DNA of 64,000 nt from Planctomycetota bacterium. GTDB taxonomy: Bacteria; Planctomycetota; UBA8108; SXIK01. Both the position numbers and the translations under genes were made by a program. The DNA lies in contig OZ244999.1 in assembly GCA_965223265.1 (NCBI GenBank), forward strand, positions 8,000,001 through 8,064,000, in the 5' to 3' direction. Below the pieces are notes generated by a model that did not search any database, was not told the origin of the DNA, and saw nothing but the letters and a program-made list of their open reading frames with translations. Of this stretch, positions 1 to 8,471 are shown in pieces (the first letter of the stretch is position 1; each line of letters begins with the position of its first letter).

Positions 1-748
1 ACTGCCATGGGCTGAAGAGGCTGCCGGACGCATCGTCGAGCGCCTGGGGCGTAGCGGTCGGCTGTCGGTGCTCACAGGCGCAGGTGTCTCGGCGGAAAGT
101 GGCATCGCGACGTTTCGCGATGCGGGGGGACTGTGGGAGCAGCACTCCTTGGAGGACGTCGCGACGCCCGAGGGGTTCGCGCGTGACCCCGAACTGGTGC
201 TCAGCTTTTACAACGCGCGCCGACGCGGGCTGCACAAGGTCGAACCCAATCCGGCGCACAGAGCGCTGGCGCAGCTTGAGGCGATGCTCGGGGATCGTTT
301 CGCGCTCATCACGCAGAACATCGATGATCTGCATGAACGCGCTGGCTCGGAGCGAGTGCTCCACATGCACGGGGAGCTCTTCAAGGCGCGCTGCGTCGAC
401 TGTGCTGCTGTCAGCGCCTGGGCCGCGGATATCGTTCTCGGTACGAGCTGCAGCGACTGCGGCGCTCAGTTGCGCCCTCATATCGTCTGGTTCGGCGAGA
501 TGCCCTTCCACCTCGAACGCGAGATACCTACGGCGGTTGGGGCCGAGGTCTTTGTCAGCATCGGCACCAGCGGCACGGTCTATCCCGCGGCCGGATTCGT
601 CGGCGAGGCCAAGGCGTGCGGTGCGCTGACGGTCGAGCTCAACCTTGAGCCGAGTGAGAACGCCCACCTCTTCGAGCTGCAGATTGAGGGGCGAGCAGGT
701 GAGAGACTGCCGCAGCTTGTCGAGGCGATCGCATCGCTGCTGCGTTGA
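1..748 (+). CDS. cobB: NAD-dependent protein deacylase (sirtuin, class III), 5'-truncated by the window edge
   Basis: LTGAGVSAESGIATFR, ITQNIDDLHERAG, HG, two CxxC zinc pairs, LRPHIVWFGE, GTSGTVYPAA. YxxR (FYNARR) is typical of desuccinylases. The frame is open back to position 2. Confidence 0.92.
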   Translation, partial: LPWAEEAAGRIVERLGRSGRLSVLTGAGVSAESGIATFRDAGGLWEQHSLEDVATPEGFARDPELVLSFYNARRRGLHKVEPNPAHRALAQLEAMLGDRFALITQNIDDLHERAGSERVLHMHGELFKARCVDCAAVSAWAADIVLGTSCSDCGAQLRPHIVWFGEMPFHLEREIPTAVGAEVFVSIGTSGTVYPAAGFVGEAKACGALTVELNLEPSENAHLFELQIEGRAGERLPQLVEAIASLLR

Positions 749-813
749 AGTGTCAGATTCGCAGCGGGCGCGACGGCGAAGGATCTCTATCGTCCGATCG
801 CCTTGCTTGATGG

Positions 814-1785
814 TTACGAGGTCGCCGTCCGTCGCCACGGCAAGACATAACCCGACTGCTCGATGCGCATGGTGTAAAGATTCTTCCCGGCAGTGACGTA
901 AAGCGTCTTCGCATCCGGCGGCCCGAACGTAAGGTTGGTGACCAGGTCTTCGGGAATCGGTATGCGCCCAAGAAGAGTCCCTTCGGGGCTGACGATATAA
1001 ACCCCGGCGGGGACGTCGAGGTTTTCACCGGGGCCGCGTGCCGCATTGATTCCTGCGGCGATCCAAAGATTGCCGGTCGTGTCGAGGCGCATGCCATCTC
1101 CTCCGCGTCCTGGAGCGAAGTCGTAGACGAGCCGTCGATCCGCCAGCGATCCATCCGAGGCGTCGACCGTGAACGCCCAGATCCTGCGGTGACCGCCCGC
1201 CTCCGGGTTGGAGTCGACCACGTACAGGGTGCCGTCGTCCGGAGTGATGGCGAGCCCGTTCGGCTTTTGCACGTCCTCTTTGCCAAGGACGCGGCGCACC
1301 TCGCCACGCGTGTCGACGCGATACACGCCTTCGACATCCATTTCGCGTCCGCTCTGATCGCCGTAGCGAGGGTCCGTGAAGTAGATGTTGCCGCGAGTGT
1401 CGATGCAGACGTCGTTCGGGCTGTTGTAGCGCTTGCCCTCGTAGCGGTCGGTCAGCACTTCGATGCTTCCGTCGCTCAGGTTCGTTCGCGTTAGCCTCCT
1501 GCCGCCGCCCGGACCAAACTCGGCGCCCTCACACGTGACGAGTCGGCCCTCGTGATCGAACATGTTGCCGTTGGCCCGTCCAGAGCTTTCGCGAAACGTC
1601 GTTAACTCACCGCCGGCCGAAAGACGCAGAATGCGGTTGTTGTGGATGTCGCTAAAGAAGACGTTCCCGTCGGGGTCGACGGCCGGTCCCTCTGTGAAGG
1701 CGGCGATGCACGCAGGGACAACGTGACTCCCCTGATCGACGAGGTCGGCTGGCAGTGGCGCGTGCGCGGGTTGGGTCGTTGACAT
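814..1785 (-). CDS. SMP-30/gluconolactonase/LRE family beta-propeller protein
   Basis: FTEGP, FSDI, YNSPND, FTDPRYG, KPNGLA, GDGMRLD and TNLTFG motifs. Confidence 0.88.
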   Translation of the reverse strand: MSTTQPAHAPLPADLVDQGSHVVPACIAAFTEGPAVDPDGNVFFSDIHNNRILRLSAGGELTTFRESSGRANGNMFDHEGRLVTCEGAEFGPGGGRRLTRTNLSDGSIEVLTDRYEGKRYNSPNDVCIDTRGNIYFTDPRYGDQSGREMDVEGVYRVDTRGEVRRVLGKEDVQKPNGLAITPDDGTLYVVDSNPEAGGHRRIWAFTVDASDGSLADRRLVYDFAPGRGGDGMRLDTTGNLWIAAGINAARGPGENLDVPAGVYIVSPEGTLLGRIPIPEDLVTNLTFGPPDAKTLYVTAGKNLYTMRIEQSGYVLPWRRTATS

Positions 1786-2004
1786 GTAGCATCCTTTCCC
1801 CGAGTTCGGCTATGTCGCGGCGAGTCCATGCTGATCTTTCGCCGACGTCTTCGAGTCTGTGCTGCGACAGGGAACCGCTCGCGCGTTCGTGGAGTCGCGA
1901 GATCACGACGCTGATAGAAACCGCTCGATCGGCAGGCGTCAAGAATTGCCTCGGCGCGATGGCGCTTTGGCGCGCACGCTTCGACCGCTGAAACGAGTGT
2001 TCAC

Positions 2005-2036
2005 AAAAAAAAGCGAGGCCTCCGAAGAGGCCCCGC
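2005..2036 (-). terminator. Rho-independent terminator of the FG-GAP gene
   Basis: Minus strand reads GCGGGGCCTC-TTCG-GAGGCCTCGC-TTTTTTTT: 10-bp stem, C(UUCG)G loop, U8 tail, about 35 nt after the stop at 2071. Confidence 0.9.
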
Positions 2037-2070
2037 CAGCACAAGGGGTCATGATGCCGATTTCGTCGCA

Positions 2071-3654
2071 TCAGAACTTGAAGTCACCAGGGTTGCCCGG
2101 ATCGCGCGGATCAGGGTCGTCGTCGATCACGTCGATGATTTCGATCACGAGGCAGGCGTCGAAGCTCTCGCAGGTGAGCTCGTCACGCGTCGGGTCGAAC
2201 CCGCAGAAGATCGTTGCCGGCGCCGGGGGAGCCTCACCGTCGCTGAAGAGGTAGTTGAGAAGCGCGACCGGGTCGGCCACGTCGACCTGGCCGTCGTCGT
2301 TGGCGTCTACCGCGTCGATGCAGGTGGGCTCGTCCGCCTCCGTGCCACCGAAGAGCCAGTTGAGGCCGAAGACCGCGTCGGCGATATCGCGGCCGCCGTC
2401 GGCGTTCATGTCGCCACGACGAAACGGCGCGTTCTCCGGTTCCGGGTCGAAGCACGGGGAGTCAGACGCGAGGAAGTAGACGCCGTGGCCGGACGACACG
2501 ACCATGTCAGGGAGGCCGTCCTCGTTGAAATCGTCGAGGGCCAGATCATAGGCGCGTCCCGGAACGTCGTAGTGGAACGGACCGACCGCGTTGCCGGCGC
2601 CGTCGCCGAGGTAAATGCTGACGTTGTCGTCGCCGACGAGAAAGTGCGTCAGTGCGAAGTCCAGGTTGCCGTCGCGATCAATGTCTCGCATGTAGATCTG
2701 AAACGGGTTGTTGTTCGCCGGCGCTTCGACCGGACTTCCGAAAGTTCCCGCGCCGGTGCCGAGAACGCGGACGAGCGTGTGGTCATTGCGGGAGCCGAGG
2801 ATATCGAGGCGACCGTTACCATCTAGGTGCCCGACAGCAATGCTGGCGAAGTTCTCCGCGTGGCCGCTACCCATGTCGATTGGGTTGGGGCCACCGAAGC
2901 CGCCCGACTTGTCGTTGAGCCGGTAGTTGACCACAGAGTTGTGAACACCGCTCGGGTAGACGAGGTCGAGGTAGCCGTCCTTGTTCATGTCGGCGAGCTC
3001 GATGTCGTTGCTGTCGCCGCTACTGTAGGTCGTCGTGTCAAAGCCTCCGGCGGGCTTTCTCAGCGCCACGGTGAGGTTGTTCGTCAGCAGGTTCACCGTG
3101 ACGAAGTCGTCCAAGTTGTCCTTGTTGAAATCGCCCGTGGCAACGCGCCAGGGATTGTCGCCCGTGGCGACGTGCGAGTAGCTCCACCAGGGCTTTGACG
3201 CCGCGCCCCAGCGGATGCGGACGCGATCCTGGTCGGCGTCCGGGGCGATGATGTCTTTGTATCCGTCGTTGTTGAAGTCGGCGATGGCGACGTCGGTCGG
3301 GGTCTCGCCCATGGTGTAGTTGTAGCCGCCGCTGAAGCCGCCGTCGCCGGTACCGAAGCGAATCCGGATGGTGTTCGAACCTGTCGACGCCGCGACGAAA
3401 TCCTTGTCGCCGTCGGAGTTGAGATCTCCGGTCGCAATGCCGCTCATCTCACCGCCGAAGTCGGTGATCAGGACCGGGGCTCCCAGGGTCACCTGACCGT
3501 CTGCCTCGGGACAAAAAACTGGGTCGACGATAATGATGCCGCCCGTCGCCTTGCGGGAGGCCGCGGCGAGGACGACGAAGAGAAGAACTGCCGCCAGCGG
3601 CGTCGGGCGGGCGCTAGATCGATGGAACTGTCGGAAACTGAACTGACTGAACAT
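2071..3654 (-). CDS. Secreted FG-GAP/VCBS repeat beta-propeller protein with C-terminal dockerin-like domain
   Basis: About 7 DxNxDGxxD repeats, N-terminal signal peptide, C-terminal FRRGDMNADGGRDIADAV...DANDDGQVDVADPVALLNYLF. Start placed at the ATG at 3654, which follows AAGGAG. Confidence 0.85.
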   Translation of the reverse strand: MFSQFSFRQFHRSSARPTPLAAVLLFVVLAAASRKATGGIIIVDPVFCPEADGQVTLGAPVLITDFGGEMSGIATGDLNSDGDKDFVAASTGSNTIRIRFGTGDGGFSGGYNYTMGETPTDVAIADFNNDGYKDIIAPDADQDRVRIRWGAASKPWWSYSHVATGDNPWRVATGDFNKDNLDDFVTVNLLTNNLTVALRKPAGGFDTTTYSSGDSNDIELADMNKDGYLDLVYPSGVHNSVVNYRLNDKSGGFGGPNPIDMGSGHAENFASIAVGHLDGNGRLDILGSRNDHTLVRVLGTGAGTFGSPVEAPANNNPFQIYMRDIDRDGNLDFALTHFLVGDDNVSIYLGDGAGNAVGPFHYDVPGRAYDLALDDFNEDGLPDMVVSSGHGVYFLASDSPCFDPEPENAPFRRGDMNADGGRDIADAVFGLNWLFGGTEADEPTCIDAVDANDDGQVDVADPVALLNYLFSDGEAPPAPATIFCGFDPTRDELTCESFDACLVIEIIDVIDDDPDPRDPGNPGDFKF

Positions 3655-4176
3655 GACACACACTCCTTTGGGTTGAGGCCCTGACGGGCCGTTGTTTCCT
3701 AAATGAACCGACCACGGGTACCGGGGGGAAAGACGGCCGGCGCGGATCAGGAAATTCCACAACTCCCAGACGGAGTTCACTTGTTGCCGTCTGTGAGCGT
3801 CCGCTGGCGAGACTTCATCGAGAATCACTTCGCGGCGCCGCGGCGTCAGCGCCGGCGTTGCGGCCACAGCCGCCAGGGCGGACTTGCGAGGCTCCAGGTG
3901 ACGATCGCCCGTTTGGCTTCCCTCGCGCCCGCGCTGTGACCGGTTCGGGGTTGGGACGTCTTCTGGACAGAGACGGCGTCGCGCCGGCGCTTTCCATTGG
4001 GGTTGTCAACGTGCAAGAATAGCCAGACCGAAACGTGACCGGCGGCGTGCTCCACTTTGCCCGCCGCGCCAGCGGAGAGATCGATGCACCAAATCGAAGT
4101 GACGACGCGAAGCAGTGAAGCCTCAACCGCGTGGAGTCCGCGCCCAGTTCGGGCATCGCGCAAGACCCTCGGGGCC

Positions 4177-6342
4177 ATGCGACCGCTCTGCTGCGCATTC
4201 TTCCTCGCTCTCGCGAGCGCGCCGGCGTTAACGCCGCAGACCAGTTCGCCTCAGCTCGAGGCACTCGTAGACCAGCTCACCGAGCACATCAAAAAGGTCG
4301 ACCCACACAACTTTCGCGTCCCGGATTTCGCCGCTGGCAAGGAGTGGTTCAACTCTCCTCCGTTAAGCTTCGAGCGCCAACTCCGCGGCAAGATCGTCAT
4401 CCTCGACTTTTGGACGTACTGCTGCATCAACTGCATTCACGTCCTGCCGGATCTCGCCTACCTCGAGCGCAAGTATGCTGGCTATCCCGTCGCCTTCGTC
4501 GGCGTCCACTCCGCCAAGTTCGAGAACGAGAAGGTGTCGGAGAACATTCGCCAGGCCGTGATGCGCTACGACATCGAGCATCCGGTGATCAACGACGATG
4601 AGATGGCGCTGTGGCGTGCCATCGGCGTGCGCAGCTGGCCGACTCTTGCCGTGGTCGGACCGAAGGGTAATTTGCTGCTGATGGTGTCAGGAGAGGGTAA
4701 CCGCGATGTCCTCGACGCGGCGATCATCGCGGCGCTCGAGTTCTACCCGGCCGAGGCGTTTCGCCACGATCCAGTCCCCCACCGACTCGAACGCAGCGCG
4801 TCCGCAAACGAGTCGCCACTTAGCTATCCAGGCAAGCTGGCGGTCGACGCCGAGAGGCAGCGGCTCTACATAAGCGACTCGAACCATCACCGCATCGTCG
4901 TGACGGACTTGGCCGGGAAGTTCATCACCGCGATCGGCCGCGGCCGGCGCGGCCTCGACGACGGTGACTACGCCGCCGCGACGTTCCACCGTCTTCAAGG
5001 ACTGGCGGTGCACGGAGAACACCTCTACGTCGCGGACGCGGAGAACCACGCGCTGCGCCGTGTCGATCTCAAGGCGCAGACAGTCGTCACGCTTGTTGGC
5101 GACGGCACGCAGGGTCGCGACTACGAGGGCGGATCCAGCGGCAGCACGCAGCGCCTGAGCACGCCGTGGGATGTGGTCGTCGCCGACGGCGTCGTCTACA
5201 TCGCCATGGCCGGAACGCACCAGATTTGGAGTTACGATATCGCCCAAAACGTCTGCCGTCGCTTCAGCGGTACTGGGCGCGAGCAGAACCTGAATCATAC
5301 CGACCGCCTTGAAGCTGCCTGGGCCCAGCCTTCCGGATTAACGATCGGGGATGGTTGGCTCTTCGTCGCCGACAGCGAGAGCAGCACCGTGCGTGGAATT
5401 AGCATCGGCTCGGGCGAGACGGCGACGTTCGTCGGCGGTGTCGACAGTGAGCCCAGGAACCTGTTTGCCTTTGGCGATGTCGACGGCATTGGCGAAGCGG
5501 CACGCCTGCAGCATCCTCTAGGGGTGCTGTGGATCGAGAAGCTTGGGCGCGTACTGGTAGCGGATTCGTACAATCATCGCCTCAAGCTTGTGGACCATTC
5601 GGAGCGGCGCGTCGACACCTTCGCCGGCTCGGGCGTCGTCGGTTCGAGCGATGGCGAGGGCGCGAATGCCCAGTTCTTTGAGCCGTCCGGCTTCGCGCTC
5701 GACCCGGGCGGCGACCGCGTCTTCGTGGCGGACACCAACAATCACAGCATTCGCGTCTTGGATGTTGCTAGCCGCACGGTCTCGACGCTCGAGCTTGACG
5801 GAGTTCCCGCGGCCGTGCCGCAGGATGACCCTCGCAGCCGCCGTCTCGCGACGCTACCGGGGACGGTGCGTGTGCGCGCCGTGGCCCTGCGTCTGCCGCC
5901 GGCGGGTGTTGCCACACTTCGGGTGCACCTTGAACTGCCGGCGAACTATCACTACACCGATGGCGCCTCGAGTCGCTGGCAGGTGGTCGCAGCTGATGAC
6001 GCGCCGGCGACGGTTCAAAGCGGCGCCGCGCACGGCGAGCTCGTAAAACAGGTGGAAACGGCCGAGGTTCGAATCCTCGCCGCCCCACAGTCGACCGCAG
6101 GTACGCTGCTCGTCGAGGCGCTCGCGTATTACTGCCAGGCGCAGGGGGCATGTCAACTCGGCGCGGTGCTCTTCGAAATCCCGATCGAGGTGACAACGGA
6201 CGTGGAGGAACGAGAGCCGGCGGCGGTCGAGCTGCGGCACGTCTTCCCGGAGAAGCCGGACGCCTTGGGCTTCTTCCCGCCCGCGCGCCTCGAGACACCG
6301 GTGGCTCCCAGCGCACCACAGGAGAGTGAACCGCAGGACTGA
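4177..6342 (+). CDS. Thioredoxin-like + NHL-repeat protein (NHLRC2/SOQ1-like architecture)
   Basis: LDFWTYCCINCIHVLPDL, GVHSAKF, multiple ADxxNH NHL repeats, C-terminal YYC...GAC domain, signal peptide. Start uncertain. Confidence 0.88.
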   Translation: MRPLCCAFFLALASAPALTPQTSSPQLEALVDQLTEHIKKVDPHNFRVPDFAAGKEWFNSPPLSFERQLRGKIVILDFWTYCCINCIHVLPDLAYLERKYAGYPVAFVGVHSAKFENEKVSENIRQAVMRYDIEHPVINDDEMALWRAIGVRSWPTLAVVGPKGNLLLMVSGEGNRDVLDAAIIAALEFYPAEAFRHDPVPHRLERSASANESPLSYPGKLAVDAERQRLYISDSNHHRIVVTDLAGKFITAIGRGRRGLDDGDYAAATFHRLQGLAVHGEHLYVADAENHALRRVDLKAQTVVTLVGDGTQGRDYEGGSSGSTQRLSTPWDVVVADGVVYIAMAGTHQIWSYDIAQNVCRRFSGTGREQNLNHTDRLEAAWAQPSGLTIGDGWLFVADSESSTVRGISIGSGETATFVGGVDSEPRNLFAFGDVDGIGEAARLQHPLGVLWIEKLGRVLVADSYNHRLKLVDHSERRVDTFAGSGVVGSSDGEGANAQFFEPSGFALDPGGDRVFVADTNNHSIRVLDVASRTVSTLELDGVPAAVPQDDPRSRRLATLPGTVRVRAVALRLPPAGVATLRVHLELPANYHYTDGASSRWQVVAADDAPATVQSGAAHGELVKQVETAEVRILAAPQSTAGTLLVEALAYYCQAQGACQLGAVLFEIPIEVTTDVEEREPAAVELRHVFPEKPDALGFFPPARLETPVAPSAPQESEPQD

Positions 6343-6376
6343 AGGGAAGCGGGTGACGACGTTGCGTGCTCCCTCC

Positions 6377-7165
6377 TCAACCTTCTTCGCCGCCGCAGCT
6401 CGCCATGAAAACCTCGAACGCTGGCTCGGTCGTCCACCCCTTGCGTCCGGCGAGATCTCGGAACGCCGCCGGCAGCGGCGCGCTCAGTGTTTTCTCGGCG
6501 CCAAGAATCTCCGGCGGCAGCTCGATCTTGCTGGCGTGGAGAAGGAAGTGGTTGAGGTTGAACGAAGTCAGAAAAGCCTGCGCTGGCTTCGCTTTGCCGT
6601 AGCGCTGATCACCGGCGAGAGCGCGACCGGCCTGCGCGAAGAGCGCGCGCACCAGATGGCGACCGGTCGAAGTCGTCTTCACCGCAGCGAGGCTGAGTCG
6701 ATCGTCACTACACACCGTTGTGTATTCGAGGCTCGCTTTGCTTCGCGGTCTCGACCTCCTGCCGCGCGGCGTGAGGGAGCCTTCGAGGGTTCCGGCGGCG
6801 TCGAGTGGGCCGGCGACGACTGCGGCGTAGTGGCGTACCAGCGTACCTGCAGCCAGTGCGGTCGTCACGGCGCTGGCGATTTGCCTTCTGAGGCCGAACA
6901 TGACGGCGCCAGAGGCCTCGAGATCCAGAGGCTGTACGGGATAGACATCCTTTCCCGCGCGGATATCCAGGACGCCCGGGTTTGAGCGCACCCACTCGTT
7001 GATCATCTCGGCCAGGCCACAAGGATGGGTCGGGTCGCCGTGAACCGGAATGCCCGGCGGCTTGTTGACGCAGAGAAGCCCATGACCGTGGAACAAAATC
7101 CACGCGGCGTCGAACGCTGACGGCGACGCGGTAGGATCTGCTCGTGTTTCATCGCTTTCGGGCAT
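6377..7165 (-). CDS. RluA-family pseudouridine synthase-like protein (divergent)
   Basis: VNKPPGIPVH, QPLDLEASG (in place of HRLDxxTSG), YAAVV, TGRHLVR, GDQRYG, LHASKIEL. Confidence 0.75.
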   Translation of the reverse strand: MPESDETRADPTASPSAFDAAWILFHGHGLLCVNKPPGIPVHGDPTHPCGLAEMINEWVRSNPGVLDIRAGKDVYPVQPLDLEASGAVMFGLRRQIASAVTTALAAGTLVRHYAAVVAGPLDAAGTLEGSLTPRGRRSRPRSKASLEYTTVCSDDRLSLAAVKTTSTGRHLVRALFAQAGRALAGDQRYGKAKPAQAFLTSFNLNHFLLHASKIELPPEILGAEKTLSAPLPAAFRDLAGRKGWTTEPAFEVFMASCGGEEG

Positions 7166-7356
7166 GACCTAACTTCGAGTTTGGACTTTGCGCGCCGGCC
7201 GGGCGTTCGGTCCGATTCCTTTTTGGCTCGCCCCATCTCGTGCTTCTCGACTTCCGCGAGCTTGGCGAGAATCTTTCTCGTTGGCGCAAAGCTCCCGAAG
7301 CCAGTCGGCAAAGACGGAGTCGCGAGAGGCGTGGGCGTACACATGCTTCACGGTAG

Positions 7357-8124
7357 CTACTGACCGAAATAGAGCCCGCCGTTGACGTGAATCACTTCGC
7401 CGGTGATGTACGACGCTGCCGGCGAAGCGAGGAATGCAACGGCGCCCGCGACGTCTTCGTTGGTGCCGGCACGCCCGCACGGGACAGCAGCGACCATACT
7501 GTCGAACGCATCTCGTGGCGTGTGAACGGCGTGAAATCCATTGTCGATGAGCCCCGGAGCGACGGAGTTGATCGTGATTCCCTTCGCCGCATACCCCTTC
7601 GACAATGTGCGCGCCAGATCGGAAACCGCCGCCTTCGCTGGCCCATAGTGAGGCGTTGTCGGCGCGCCTCCGTTGTGTCCGGCGATCGAAGATATGTTGA
7701 CGACCCTCCCTTCGCCGCGAGCGACCATGTGCGGGATGACCGCCTTGGTGACGAGGACGACGCTCGAGAAGTTCAGACGCAGTACCTGCGTGAGCAGATC
7801 GTCCGTGACTTCCTCGAGGTGGGCGCGCTGCACGAGACCGCCAGCGTTGTTGACGAGGATGTCGATCCTTCCCGCGCCGAACTCTAGCGATTCTTGGACC
7901 AGCCCCTGGATCTGCCTTTCGTCGGTCACGTCGGCGGCGACGGCAACGGCGCGGCGGCCGAGGCCTTCGATCAGCCGCACGGTGTTCTCCGCATCTTCGC
8001 GGCTGCTCAAGTAGTTGACGATCACGTCGGCGCCGTTCTTTGCCAGCTCGATCGAAATCGCGCTGCCGATGTCGCGGCCGCCGCCCGTCACGAGCGCAGT
8101 CTTTCCGGTAAGATCAAACGACAT
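7357..8124 (-). CDS. SDR family oxidoreductase
   Basis: TGGGRDIG, LVNNAG, YxxxK (YGPAK), YITGEVIHVNGG. Confidence 0.92.
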   Translation of the reverse strand: MSFDLTGKTALVTGGGRDIGSAISIELAKNGADVIVNYLSSREDAENTVRLIEGLGRRAVAVAADVTDERQIQGLVQESLEFGAGRIDILVNNAGGLVQRAHLEEVTDDLLTQVLRLNFSSVVLVTKAVIPHMVARGEGRVVNISSIAGHNGGAPTTPHYGPAKAAVSDLARTLSKGYAAKGITINSVAPGLIDNGFHAVHTPRDAFDSMVAAVPCGRAGTNEDVAGAVAFLASPAASYITGEVIHVNGGLYFGQ

Positions 8125-8471
8125 AGAAATCCTCGAGTTCCGAGTTGTTGCTCTTCGACGAGACCACAGTATCCACGACGACGAAGAATTTGCAGCCCCC
8201 GCTTTCGCCTCGACATTCGTGCGTCGACGCGAGCCGCCGTCGGAGGGGCGAACCTACGGCCCGCGTTGCGGCGGCAACCGACGCCCGACTCGAGACTCCA
8301 GGAAGTCCGCCATCTTGACGATGCATCAGGTATCCATCGTTGGCGGGTACCTCTTCTTATCGGCCATCGCTTCGAGAGCTCGGCCGACGCCCGGGAGCGG
8401 GCGCCTCGAGCCGCAGACCACCTGCCTTGCCGACGCCGCAGAATCGCGAAACCCCAGAGAAAATCTTTCAA

